Origin: Ophelia neglecta
Taxonomy: Eukaryota
Reading direction: 5' to 3'
Assembly: GCA_965285935.1 (NCBI GenBank)
Contig: OZ260665.1
Span: forward strand, 5,394,001-5,458,000
Length of the DNA: 64,000 nucleotides
How positions within the stretch are numbered: position 1 is the first letter of the stretch; each line of letters begins with the position of its first letter. Positions 26,249-38,556 of this stretch are shown in pieces. Under the pieces are notes generated by a model, which searched no databases, was not told the origin of the DNA, and worked only from the letters and a program-made list of their open reading frames with translations. The translations under genes and the position numbers were made by a program.

Positions 26249-29019
26249 CTATCGTGAGTTTGCGTGACACTCAGAAGGGTGTAAAGTTTAAGAGCCCCTG
26301 AGCGATTAATAAAAGGACAACACAAGAAAAGATTTTGAAATCAAAGGTGGTTATTTTTCCCGTTTACTTTCCTTTGCCACTTTACCTGCGAAGCACACAT
26401 AAAGCTTACCAAATATGGCCTTTGACACCATTGTACGGTGTTAAACAGTGCAGTGATGGCAGACCGAGTGGTCGACAAGGAAGTTCGAAAAATCAAGTAT
26501 TATAGGCGCATATTACTAATTTGAGGTAACTTGCATAAGGAGAATACAGCAACAAAATATACAAAATTAATTAACAATAAAATCTATAAATAAATTAAAA
26601 GTCTTAACTACCTGAAATAAAAAGGGCTCAGCACTGTAAACGTGATATTGTCATTACTGTATGCGACATATGTTTAACTTTTGTCTTGAAACAAATATAC
26701 AAACAGTATAATTAAAGACAACTAAACGTAAGTCTAATTCACTTTGTATTAAATCAAAAAGTAATATATCCGCATTCAACAATTATTTTCAAACTATACA
26801 ACATATTCATGAATCAAAAAGACTGTGCCCACGTTTTTCTTTTCCATGAATTTGCTGCTTGTTTACAGTACATGAACCCCCTGAAACATACTATTTAGTT
26901 AGTACAATTAGGGTTGGGGGTGGAGAAGAAGGGGGTTCCCTATAGCCTATTCGATCATTTCAGTAAATTCAAACCAGGGAGTGACCGACAGATAAGACAG
27001 TATAACAGCACACGACATCGTGTGGCTAACATGCGTTATATACATACCTAAAACACCTATAATCGGTCCCAGAACATTCATAACGGGTAATTTTCCTAAT
27101 ATACCTAACTATTAATGCTACCGAAGGAAGACCATGCCTATGTACGATGACTGGTTAGTAAAAAAATACATTAAACAACATTCAGTGACAAAAGTCATCG
27201 TAATATATGTAACTTGCTTCCTGACTATCTGATATCTAGCTAAGGGACAAGAACTATATAGAAGTCCACGGACATTGTGCTCAGCTTGTAATTATGGATG
27301 AGAAACCCAGCCTTTGCATGCGGACCTTAAGCCCTTTTCATATTTAACTACCATAGTGTGATAGTTTATCCCTATTAGTTGCCAATTCCTGTACAAAATG
27401 GGTTCAAATGGTGAAAACGTAAAATTCAAGGTCACAAAAAACCAGCTGGAACTCTATATTCTATTGGTTGTTCATACATTTGATGGGTATATCTTCCACG
27501 GTTAAAACACTGGAAGATGGTGAATGAAACTGTATTTCAATATAATTGAAACAGAAATACAAGGTCAAATTTAAGGTCAGTGGTATACGCACGTTTTAAA
27601 TGTGATTCCCTTGTGGTGGTGAATTCGCTAGAAACATTTATCTTGCATTTTTAGGTCATCAGAAGGTCACTAAAGGGGTGCATTTCGTTAGGGCTCTGAC
27701 AATAAGGAAGGTCATTTGGACTGTAAAGATATCGGAAGGCCATAATAATAATGCATTGCCTCATTAACCTTGTATTCTTAAACCATAAGAAGGTCAAGTA
27801 TGCAGTGCATTGTCCTCGTTAAGTCCTCAGAAGATCATGTATGCGGTGCATGTTATTGTTACGTCATCAAACCTTCACGTAAGCTGTGCATTGACACATT
27901 TACCTTGCTTTTTTATGATATGAAGTAGCTTAAGGCTGTTGGATTTCAATTGTGGTGAACAGATGGATAGACCGAGTATTGAATGTAGCAACGTCCAGGC
28001 GGGCGCCAACATGATTAGATGAGCTTGGCTTGCCAAGCAAACTGAGCTCATTATGGAAAATATAATGAAGGAAAACAATAAAATTGGGCACAAAATGTGT
28101 GCCTCTACACATGAAAATCCATGAAAATTTAAGAAAACTACGAGCTAATGGGACTGTGTGAATATTTGATATTTAAATTCCGAGAGGCGGGATCAGCAAA
28201 TTATTAATTACACATTTACCCATGCGATATGGATATTTACCTATATCAAAATCATGAAAGAATATATTCTCCTGTCAAACTTTATACACAACTTAGACAT
28301 AACAAAAATAGAATTAACATGACCAATTGAAAATTCGAAAAGGTCACATTGATATTTAAGATTAAACTAAGGTAACCCTAAGTCTAATCATATAAACGGA
28401 AAATAAATGTTAAAATCACTCGTTCGTCGGTTGGAGGTACATGTATTGCATTAAAACGATCAGCCGGCCGCCACAACATAAAAAAAGGAAACAAGAGATT
28501 AATGAAAATACGTTTGGCAGTGTGCCATGTATTCAAAGTAAACAGGTTTTCATTCAGAAATGAATAAATGGTAACCGAATTTAAAAGTCACTATCAATAA
28601 TCCAGAAATGACAATATCCTCACAAAATGTCGTCAAAATTGAATCAACAGCGCCGAGGTCAAAATTGGCGGTGTGCTATATAATATCAATTCTTCCAAAG
28701 TGTTCTAAACCTCTAGGAATAAACCAGACTAACAAACTTTCAGCACACCTATGTAACAGCTCGGGGGTGAAGGGGGGGGGGTTACTACCCCTTGCCATTG
28801 GTTGCTGTGCTTCACCCAAGTGAATATGGGTCCAATAAAGACCTGAATCTATAGAAAAATAGAGTCAAATAGACTCAAATAGAGCTGAAAATACTGGTCA
28901 AAATTAGCTGTCTCGTTAACAAAGGTCAAAAGATTCGTTTTTCGAATAAAAGGGTCAAAAAGGGATGTAGAGGCACACATTTTAAAATAAAAAGCAGTTA
29001 CCTCTTTTCCCAGACAGCT

Positions 29020-29265
29020 CCTTTGTATCCACTTACCGGCTGTTCCATGCAGCATTGAGCTGCCGTACATCAGGGCATGGTACTGCAAGTAGGTCCTCAG
29101 CGAAAATGGTAAGCTGTGGTCCAAACTGCTTGGGTTATTTTATCCGATCCACGCAGCATTGTGCTACCCTACATCATTGCATGGTGCTGCCAGAAAGTTC
29201 TCGGGTGAAATGGTAACCTGAGGTTCAAACTGCTAAGGTTATTTTATCCGATCCACGCAGCTTGG
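29020..29265. repeat. Diverged tandem repeat of about 103 bp (about 2.3 copies)
   Basis: aaatggtaa...caaactgct..ggttattttatccgatccacgcagc is repeated. Confidence 0.7.
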
Positions 29266-30398
29266 GGTGCCAATACGACCAGCTAAATGTTGACAGCCAA
29301 GTAATAACCCCCAAACAACCAACCAACCAAACTCCTTGTGTTGTTCTAAGCCTGAAATCAAAAAGCAATATAATTACTAATCAATAATCAATATTCACAT
29401 TATCACATTAAGTGAGCCTGTGTACAGTGTACCGCTTTGCAATTACGTACAGTGGGCTAAAATGCATGTTAAGCAAAAATAATTCAGTCACGTGACTGAA
29501 AATTACTAGTTCAGTTCATTGCTTCAATAATTTATCAGTTACGTTTGGTTATTGCCTGTGCACTGTACGCTCCCATGCTTTGATTATAAACAACATTAGA
29601 TATATACATAGAGAAAGCGACAAGAAGAGAACACGCGGACGTATGCGGAAACAAATAGTAAATTTTGAACTGGATAGTAATGTACTAGGACTAAAACTTT
29701 TGAACTATGGATTGGTGAATGGACAAAGATTAGCTGGAAGTTATCTTTATCTGAAATTATGGCTGCGCTCAATGGTAAATATTGATTCTTTTGGATTAAT
29801 CTACAAAATTTGGATACCGCTGACATGCATTCACACTTTGGCAAGCTCTCGAGTCACTGATGCCAATTACGACTATTCATGCCGTACTCACTATGCCCTA
29901 TGCTAATTGCCATTAAAACATCATGCAATAGCGCGCCAGGATAAACTAAGAATTGTACAAATGTCTACTGCCAACGCTAAGAGGAAATCCGAAAATATAT
30001 CTCCTGTTTCCGAGACAACAGAAGGCAAGCGCCTCAACACGTCAAACCCCCCCCCCCCCCCGCCTCCATTAAAAATAGACATGTCTGAAGCAAAGGACAC
30101 TGCTAGCTTAAACGGAGATGAGACGATGGACTGCCTACGGGAGTAAGGAATAGTGTCGCTCTCATACCAACTCTCGTTACTGATATCACAGAACTCAAAA
30201 GGTCGGTGATCTTCCTTAGTGAAAAATATGAGGAACATCTGAAGAAAATCTCCAGCCTCAAAGCTAGCAATGCTAAGCTCACACAATCAGTCAGCACATT
30301 GGAACACGATAATAATATACTACGAATCAAAGTTCTAGACCTTGAACAATACTCAAGAAAAAACAATGTGGAAATCAGAGGGATGCCGGAAAACAACA

Positions 30399-31860
30399 GG
30401 TGTATACCTTCGTGATCCCATCCCATATAAGATAGGTGTATACATTTGTGATTCCATCCCATATAAGATAGCCGTATACATTCGTGATTTCATCCCATTC
30501 GTGATTCCATCCCATATAAGATAGCTGTATACATTCGTGATTCCATCCCATATAAGATAGGAGTATACATTCGTGATTTCTTCCCATATAAGATAGCTGT
30601 ATACATTCGTGATTCCATCACATTCGTGATTCCATCCCATATAAGATAGCTGTATACATTCGTGATTCCATCCCATTCGTGATTCCATCCCATATAAGAT
30701 AGCTGTATACATTCGTGATTCCATCCCATATAAGATAGGAGTATACATTCGTGATTTCTTCCCATATAAGATAGCTGTATACATTCGTGATTCCATCCCA
30801 TATAAGATAGGTGTATACATTCGTGATTCCATTCCATATAAGATAGCTGTATACATTCGTGGTTCCATTCCATATAAGATAGCTGTATACATTCGTGATT
30901 CCATCCCATATCAGATAGCTGTATACATTCGTGATTCCATCCCATTCGTGATTCCATCCCATATAAGATAGGTGTATACATTCGTGATTCCATTCCATAT
31001 AAGATAGGTGTATACATTCGTGATTCCATTCCATATAAGATAGCTGTATACATTCGTGATTCCATGCCATATAAGATAGGTGTATACATTCGTGATTCCA
31101 TCCCATATAAGATAGGTGTATACATTCGTGATTCCATTCCATATAAGATAGCTGTATACATTCGTGATTCCATCCCATATCAGATAGCTGTATACATTTC
31201 GTGAGATTCCATCCCATATATGATAGGAGTATACATTCGTGATTCCATCCCATATAAGATAGCTGTATACTTTTGTGATTCCATTCCATCTAAGATAGGT
31301 GTATATATTCCTGATTCCATCCCATATAAGATAGGAGTATACATTCGTGATTCCATCCCATATAAGATAGCTGTATACATTTCGTGAGATTCTATCCCAT
31401 ATAAGATAGGAGTATACATTCGTGATTCCATTCCATATAAGATAGCTGTATACATTCGTGATTCCATCCCATATAAGATAGCTGTATACATTCGTGATTC
31501 CATCCCATTCGTGATTCCATCCCATATAAGATAGGTGTATACATTCGTGATTCCATTCCATATAAGATAGCTGTATACATTCGTGATTCCATCCCATATA
31601 AGATAGCTGTATACATTTCGTGAGATTCTATCCCATATAAGATAGCTGTATACTTTTGTGATTCCATTCCATATAAGATAGGTGTATATATTCCTGATTC
31701 CATCCCATATAAGATAGGTGTATACATTCGTGATTCAATCCGATATAAGATAGGTGTATACATTCCTGATTCCATCCCATATAAGATAGCTGTATACATT
31801 TGTGATTCCATCCCATATAAGATAGGTGTATACATTTGTGATTCCATCCGATATAAGATA
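30399..31860. repeat. 36-bp satellite (about 42 units) inside the LINE
   Basis: Unit (gg/gc/ga)tgtatacattcgtgattccatcccatataagata, with occasional shortened 17-bp and +2-bp variants. Confidence 0.98.
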
Positions 31861-34426
31861 AGAGAAGATTTAAATCTTAGTCCCACCCTGACAATTATTT
31901 TGACTGTTTGTTTGTTGAAATACCTCCTGTCTGTAATACGAAACCAGTAGTCATTGGGACAACATATAGGTCTCCAAGTAAAATAACAATTCTGATCTAA
32001 CTACTTCCATTGAAGAAAGAATTAACCTAATCGATAGAGAACACAAAAGCTGTATACTCTGTGCGGACATGAACGTTGACCTATTGAATAGCACTACAAA
32101 CACAGAGACTGGATTGTATCTTGACATGCTCATTTCAAACAGTTTTGTTCCGCTGATCACTCTCCGCACCAGTGTAACCACAACTTCCGCCGCACTTATT
32201 GACCATTTATTTCTTAAACACGATTCTTCCGCCAAATACACCGCGGGAACATTGCTCACAAAATTCTCTGACCATTATACTAACTTTTTATTCGTCCATG
32301 AAATGAAATCGAGCGAGTCACGGGCCCCAAAGTTTGTTAAGTACAGACCAATAACTGAGGCTACCGTAGCCTTGTTTAACGATGGATTAGGGGAAGTGGA
32401 ATGGAATTTAGTCCTGGGCAAGGCCCTCGATGACCAAAACAAAGCCTATGATATTTTTCTTGGAACTTTTGATTCAATATTAAATGACACTATACCAGAG
32501 AAAGTCAACCGGTTTAATAAATGTAAGCATAAATTGAATGAGTGGATTATTTATGGCATACTCAGATCTACACATATCAGAGATAATTTAGCCCGACAAC
32601 GTGTAAAAAGAAAGGATTCCCCTGATTTTCCTAAAATTAATATTAAATTTCTCAACTACAGAAAAATACTCAATGAAAACTGGCCAAAGTTCCTATTGGG
32701 GGTCAAAATTTGAGAGTGTGAAAGATAATATAAAGAAAACATGGAACAATATACGGCTTGTCAAATTACATTCAAACAATTTTCTTTGACGCGAATGGTA
32801 ACAAAATCACCAAGACGGAGGATATTGCGCAAAACTTTAACATTTTTTTCACAAACATTGGTCCAACATTAGCCGAGAGTATCACCTCAACTAAGAATCA
32901 TAATGTATATCTTAAAAACCCTTCAGTTAACAGTATATTTATGTCGAAAACTAACCGTGAAGAAATTATAAAAATTGTTGATAGAATAAAAGCAAAAACG
33001 AGCTGCGGATTTGACAACATCTCGCCTAAGTTACTATAGATGGAGATTCACCCTATTTGTGATGCATTGGCAAATATTTTTAACCGTATGTTGACATAAG
33101 GTGTCTTTCCGAAGTCTGCAAAAATAGCACGGGTATTACCCATATCTAAGGGGGAGGACAATTCTTTGTTCTCCAACTACAGGCCAATTTCATTACGACC
33201 ATCCATATCTAAGGTCTTCGAGCGCCTAACCTACAAGAGGATTGTTAATTATCTAAATAAAAAACAAATTACTTCACGCCTCCCAATATGGCTTCCGTGC
33301 TAATCATTCAACGGACCATGCTGCCATCGAGCTGGTAGACTTTGTGGCCGAAGGCCCTGACAAAAAGGGCTTTGTCTCTAGTATTTTCATTGACTTATCA
33401 AAACCTTTTGATACTCTTGACCACCCTATACTGCTGAATAAGTTTCAATATTATGGAATAAGAGGGAATTGCAGGAAACTTATTTGCAGCTACCTATCAG
33501 ATCGTTTCCAGTACGTATATTTTAATGGAGTAAGCTCAGAGTACTTGCCTCTAAGATGCGGTGTAACCCAGGGGTCTATCTTGGGCCTTCTTATTTGCGG
33601 ATTACACCAGCTTAATGTTTGTTAATGAAGACTAAATAGATCTATATTATCAAATGAACACAGAGTTGGAAACGATATATCAATGGATGATGGCGAACAA
33701 ACTTTCACTGAATATTAAGAAAACAAAGCACATGCTCTTCCAATTTGCGAATAAACCTTTGCCTTTTATCATGACACTTTGACACTTATTTTGGACGGAC
33801 GACTTGTGGAGCAGGTCTCCGAGTTTGAATTCTTGGGAACCTAACACGACGAGAATCACAGCTGGAAGACTAATACTGATATAAAATGTAAAAAAGTAGC
33901 CCAAGTGAATGGGGTGTTAAATAGAATAAAATTCAAATTACCCATTTATGTTCTAAAGCAAATCTACTTTGCTCTCGTACATTCACAATTAACATACGGC
34001 ATGATAATCTGGAACAACGAATGCTGTAAACAAAACCTCAATCGTTTATCTTTGTTGCAAAAACGTTCTGTAAGGACTATTGCAAAGATAACTTACCTAG
34101 CACACACTGAACCCATTTTTAAAACTTATGGCATCCTTAAAATAGAAGATTTGTTTCTCCTCATGGGTATGCGTTTGTATACTAAAGCCACATAAAATCG
34201 AACGCCTGATTATATTACTGAAACACTGTGCGCTAACACCACAAATCACCCACCCAATACGTGCTTTAAAAGTTCTATTAAACCATACAAAATGAGGACT
34301 AATATTATAAAACAAACCATTGCCTATAAAATACACCACATAATCAACTTCCTAAAAAATAACTTTCCTATTGACACAAACCGCTGCTACAATATAAAGA
34401 GCACATTGCTCGGCCGATATAGTAAT

Positions 34427-34850
34427 AGGTGTGTCAAAAAACGATGTTATGTATGTCAACGGTAGCACACTCTGTATAGTGAGATCTGTGTGTGGGTGTG
34501 TGTGCAACGCTTGTACAATATTGTGAATATATATATGAGTGTCAAAAAACAATGTTATGTATGTGAACGGTAGCACACTCTGTATGGTGAGATCTGTGTG
34601 TGGGGATGTGTGTAACGCGTGTACAATATTATGAATGTATATATGTGTGTGTCAAAAAAACAATGCTATGTATGTGAACGGTAGCACACTCTGTATGGTG
34701 AGATCTGTATGTGGGGGTGTATGTAACGCGTGCACAATATTATGTACATATATTGGTGTGTGTCAAAAAAACAATGCTATGTCTGTGAACGGTAGCACAC
34801 TCTGTATGGTGGGATCTGTGTGTGGGGGTGTGTGTAACGCGTGCACAATA
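34427..34850. repeat. Tandem repeat of about 110 bp x4 spanning the LINE ORF2 stop and 3' UTR
   Basis: gtgtcaaaaaac..tg.tatgtatgt.aacggtagcacactctgtat at 34431, 34539, 34649 and 34760. Confidence 0.92.
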
Positions 34851-35843
34851 CGGTAACTGTGTATATATTGTATGTATTTTTCGTGTGTGAGTGACGGTTA
34901 GAGACGTGTAAAGTTATAAGTGAAAATGCTGCGTGGCTCTGATGTGTGGGAGTGATCATGCGTAAGCGCGGGAGTGCATTTAATTATGTGTGAATGTGTG
35001 GATATATGATATGGCTGTCAATGTGATACTTTGCAGGCTGTAGAATGTGGTTACGCACAAACTATGAATGTTTATATTCTCACCATGAGCTTACTTATCA
35101 AGCAAGTATATATTTGTCAATCCAGTGTAATCCTCAAATGTGACACTCGAATTAAATGAACATTATTTGTCCTAGCTGTAGAATTATATCATAATAAAAA
35201 TACCAGTCGATTACAATTTAACTTAACCCAAATGAATATATATGTTAATTCCTATATACAATAAACATAATAATGCTTCCTTGTTGCTAAGTCCTATTGT
35301 GGACTGTTTATTAATCGTTTATTTCTCTCAATTTCTGTTGTAGCTAATATTTATTAGTGCCTACAATTCATATGTGTAAGGGCGTATAGTACCAAACGGC
35401 TATGCTATAGCTGGCGTCCTGCAGCACACGGTATGTCTAGCTGTTTATCTTTTTACCTCTGTGTATTTGTTTCATGTCTTGCAAATAAAAGACCTACTAC
35501 TACTAACATTCACATTAAATATACGCTTTACAAATAGCCTTTCTTCAAGGCATAACCTCGCGCCACTCCCGCCCCCTAGCTAGGTTATGTCCTGGTCTGG
35601 CGGAGGTGGCGGGGGGCGGGGGGGGGGGGGTTACTCCTGTACTTTGCTGCACATTGCTGTATTCACAACAGTGGCATGTGGTCTTAATATACAGGTGGTA
35701 TTTAAGGCAGGTTTCACTATACCAGTAGGTTTTGTTGTGTAATCCCCCCCCCCCCCTCCCCGAGGATAACCTCCCTAGAGAAAGGTTCATTTACAAATTT
35801 CGTATCAGCAAGCACTGCTAGTACATTCAGGGTTGTTGTTCAC

Positions 35844-37896
35844 TTTCTAATGAATTGATTGATTTGGGCAAGCTATTGTACTACTTTTTGACAATGGATG
35901 GCTGCTATTGATTGATACAGGGCCTCTAGAGAGAATAAGTCCCGTTTAAAAGTGTATTATTTTCATTGTATACATGTTCAATCATCGCTTGCGACTCAGA
36001 GAAAGTCACTCGAGGGCGAGCAGAAGCAATATATAATCAGTTTGGCTTTACCCCTCGCCTACTTCACTCAGCCAAACACGATGATAACAATGTAAACACC
36101 GGTAGCCTACGCCTACCCCGCTTATCAGTACATATTTCTATGTAACCGAGAAATGCTTACTGGAATTCGCTCTTAAAAGTGCTTCCAGGTTATAATTACA
36201 AACAAAATATTTGCCTACCATGTATTAAGGGAAAGCTCCGCTATTTAGTCAAGTAGCTGCCTTGATCAGGGTGAGCGTATTTCGCAATATGTCTCCTGGG
36301 GTAGCGAGTCAGTATCAGGTTTGGTCGGCGAGACTGTATGGCCTCGCTGGCTGTAGTGCAGCAGCACTCGTTATACAATGCCGATTGTGTATGCTTCATT
36401 TCATTGATTAAGGGGGGGGGGGAGATTTCCAGGTGCCGGCACTCTAGATAAAAAAAAGGATATGATAGTTCCCATATTTGTAAAGTACCCATTTTCACAT
36501 GATTTCAGGTAAAAATTATCCTTTTTCTAATGAATTAATTGATTTGGGCAAGCTATTGTACTACTTTTTGACAATGTATGGCTGCTATTGATTGATACAG
36601 GGCCTCTAGAGAGAATAAGTCCCGTTTAAAAGTGTATTATTTTCATTGTATACATGTTCAATCATCGCTTGCGACTCAGAGAAAGTTACTCGAGGGCGAG
36701 CAGAAGCAATATATAATCAGTTTGGCTTTACCCCTCGCCTACTTCACTCAGCCAAACACGATGATAACAATGTAAACACCGGTAGCCTACGCCTACCCCG
36801 CCTATCAGTACATATATCTATGTAACCGAGAAATGCTTACTGGAATTCGCTCTTAAAAGTGCTTCCAGGTTATAATTACAAACAAAATATTTGCCTACCA
36901 TGTATTAAGGGAAAGCTCCGCTATTTAGTCAAGTAGCTGCCTTGATCAGTGTGAGCGTATTTCGCAATATGTCTCCTGGGGTAGCGAGTCAGTATCAGGT
37001 TTGGTCGGCGAGACTGTATGGCCTCGCTGGCTGTAGTGCAGCAGCACTCGTTATACAATGCCGATTGTGTATGCTTCATTTCATTGATTAAGGGGGGGGG
37101 GGGAGATTTCCAGGTGCCGGCACTCTAGATAATAAAAAAGGATATGATAGTTCCCATATTTGTAAAGTACCCATTTTCACATGATTTCAGGTAAAAATTA
37201 TCCTTTTTCTAATGAATTAATTGATTTGGGCAAGCTATTGTACTACTTTTTGACAATGTATGGCTGCTATTGATTGATACAGGGCCTCTAGAGAGAATAA
37301 GTCCCGTTTAAAAGTGTATTATTTTCATTGTATACATGTTCAATCATCGCTTGCGACTCAGAGAAAGTCACTCGAGGGCGAGCAGAAGCAATATATAATC
37401 AGTTTGGCTTTACCCCTCGCCTACTTCACTCAGCCAAACACGATGATAACAATGTAAACACCGGTAGCCTACGCCTACCCCGCCTATCAGTACATATATC
37501 TATGTAACTGAGAAATGCTTACTGGAATACGCTCTTAAAAGTGCTTCCAGGCTATATTTACAAACAAAATATTTGCCTACCATGTATTAAGGGAAAGCTC
37601 CGCTATTTAGTCAAGTAGCTGCCTTGATCAGGGTGAGCGTATTTCGCAATATGTCTCCTGGGGTAGCGAGTCAGTATCAGGTTTGGTCTGCGAGACTGTA
37701 TGGCCTCGCTGGCTGTAGTGCAGCAGCACTCGTTATACAATGCCGATTATGTATGCTTCATTTCATTGATTAAGGGGGGGGGGGGGGGGGGACATTTCCA
37801 GGTGCCGGCACTCTAGATAAAATAAAGATATGATAGTTCCCATATTTGTAAAGTACCAATTTTCACATGATTTCAGGTATAAATTATCCTTTTTCT
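35844..37896. repeat. Near-identical tandem triplication of a unit of about 680 bp
   Basis: Periods of 680, 682 and 686 bp; few substitutions; the internal G-run is 11, 12 and 18 nt; tttct is shared at all junctions. Confidence 0.97.
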
Positions 37897-38044
37897 TCCG
37901 GAAAACGCTTATTTTTCATTGTAAAAAAACACAATTTTCCATAAAAAAATAATCAGTGGAAATTGTATGACCCCCCCCCCCCCCCACCCCCTGTCAGAGG
38001 CCGATCCAATTCTCTGATCCCTTATCCGCTGATGCTTTGACCAC

Positions 38045-38556
38045 CCCCCCCCCCCCCCGCCCGCCAAATCTTCTCTACCGGATTAAATTTCATAAATGCA
38101 TATTACCTTTTAACCCTTCCATTTATTATGCACTTTTAATATAAAAAATGGAGAATTAAAATCTGTAGGGATGTTTCATTTGGTTTATAGCTCAAAACCA
38201 CTACTCGTTATATTGAAAACAACACTGTCTATAAAAACAGAAATGGTACAAAATTATTACATAATGTGAATCATCACTGGGTAATATCCCTAATGACATT
38301 TAATCAAAGTTAAATCTATATTTTACTACCAACGGGCTTCAACCGAGAACAATTTTTCTCTAAAAGCAATATTTAAGAAGTTTTATGATTAATTAAAAAA
38401 CTTCACCCTAGTGATGATACACATTATACAATATTTGTCTTTCCATTTTCAGAATGTCCCTTGATCCAGGTAAGGAGCATGATAAGTGGAAGGGTTTAGA
38501 GGTAATATAAATTTATGAATTTAACCCGGTAGAGAGGATTGGGCTGTGAGGGGGGT
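38045..38556. mobile_element. Foldback/MITE with long imperfect inverted arms
   Basis: ctctaccggattaaatttcataaat..atattacctttta-acccttcca (38073 onward) is mirrored at 38473-38545; the inner ataatgtgaatcatcactgggt pairs with accctagtgatgatacacattat. Confidence 0.75.

Larger units (their letters stand above)
29961..35505 (+). mobile_element. Degenerate LINE (CR1/L2 superfamily, Crack-like) with an ORF1 remnant, EN-RT pseudogene and 3' UTR
   Basis: ORF1 coiled coil ending LEQYSRKNNVEIRGMPE. EN motifs GVYIRDSIPYKIREDL, LFVEI, IGTTYRSP, DMNVDLL, LIDHLF and SDH. RT motifs NYRPISL, FIDLSKPFDTLDH, GVTQGSILG and a degraded FADD. C-terminal CxxxxCYVC. Many stops and frameshifts. Ends aataaaa followed by (cta)n. 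Confidence 0.92.

Noticed and set aside
30399-31860. CRISPR-like array of 36-bp repeats
   Set aside because: The units are head-to-tail with no unique spacers, there are no cas genes, and the context is eukaryotic. The unit derives from LINE endonuclease sequence.
30353-31886. Long minus-strand ORFs (MESRMYTAILYG, MGWNHECIQLSY repeats)
   Set aside because: These are translations of the satellite; frames switch at variant units.
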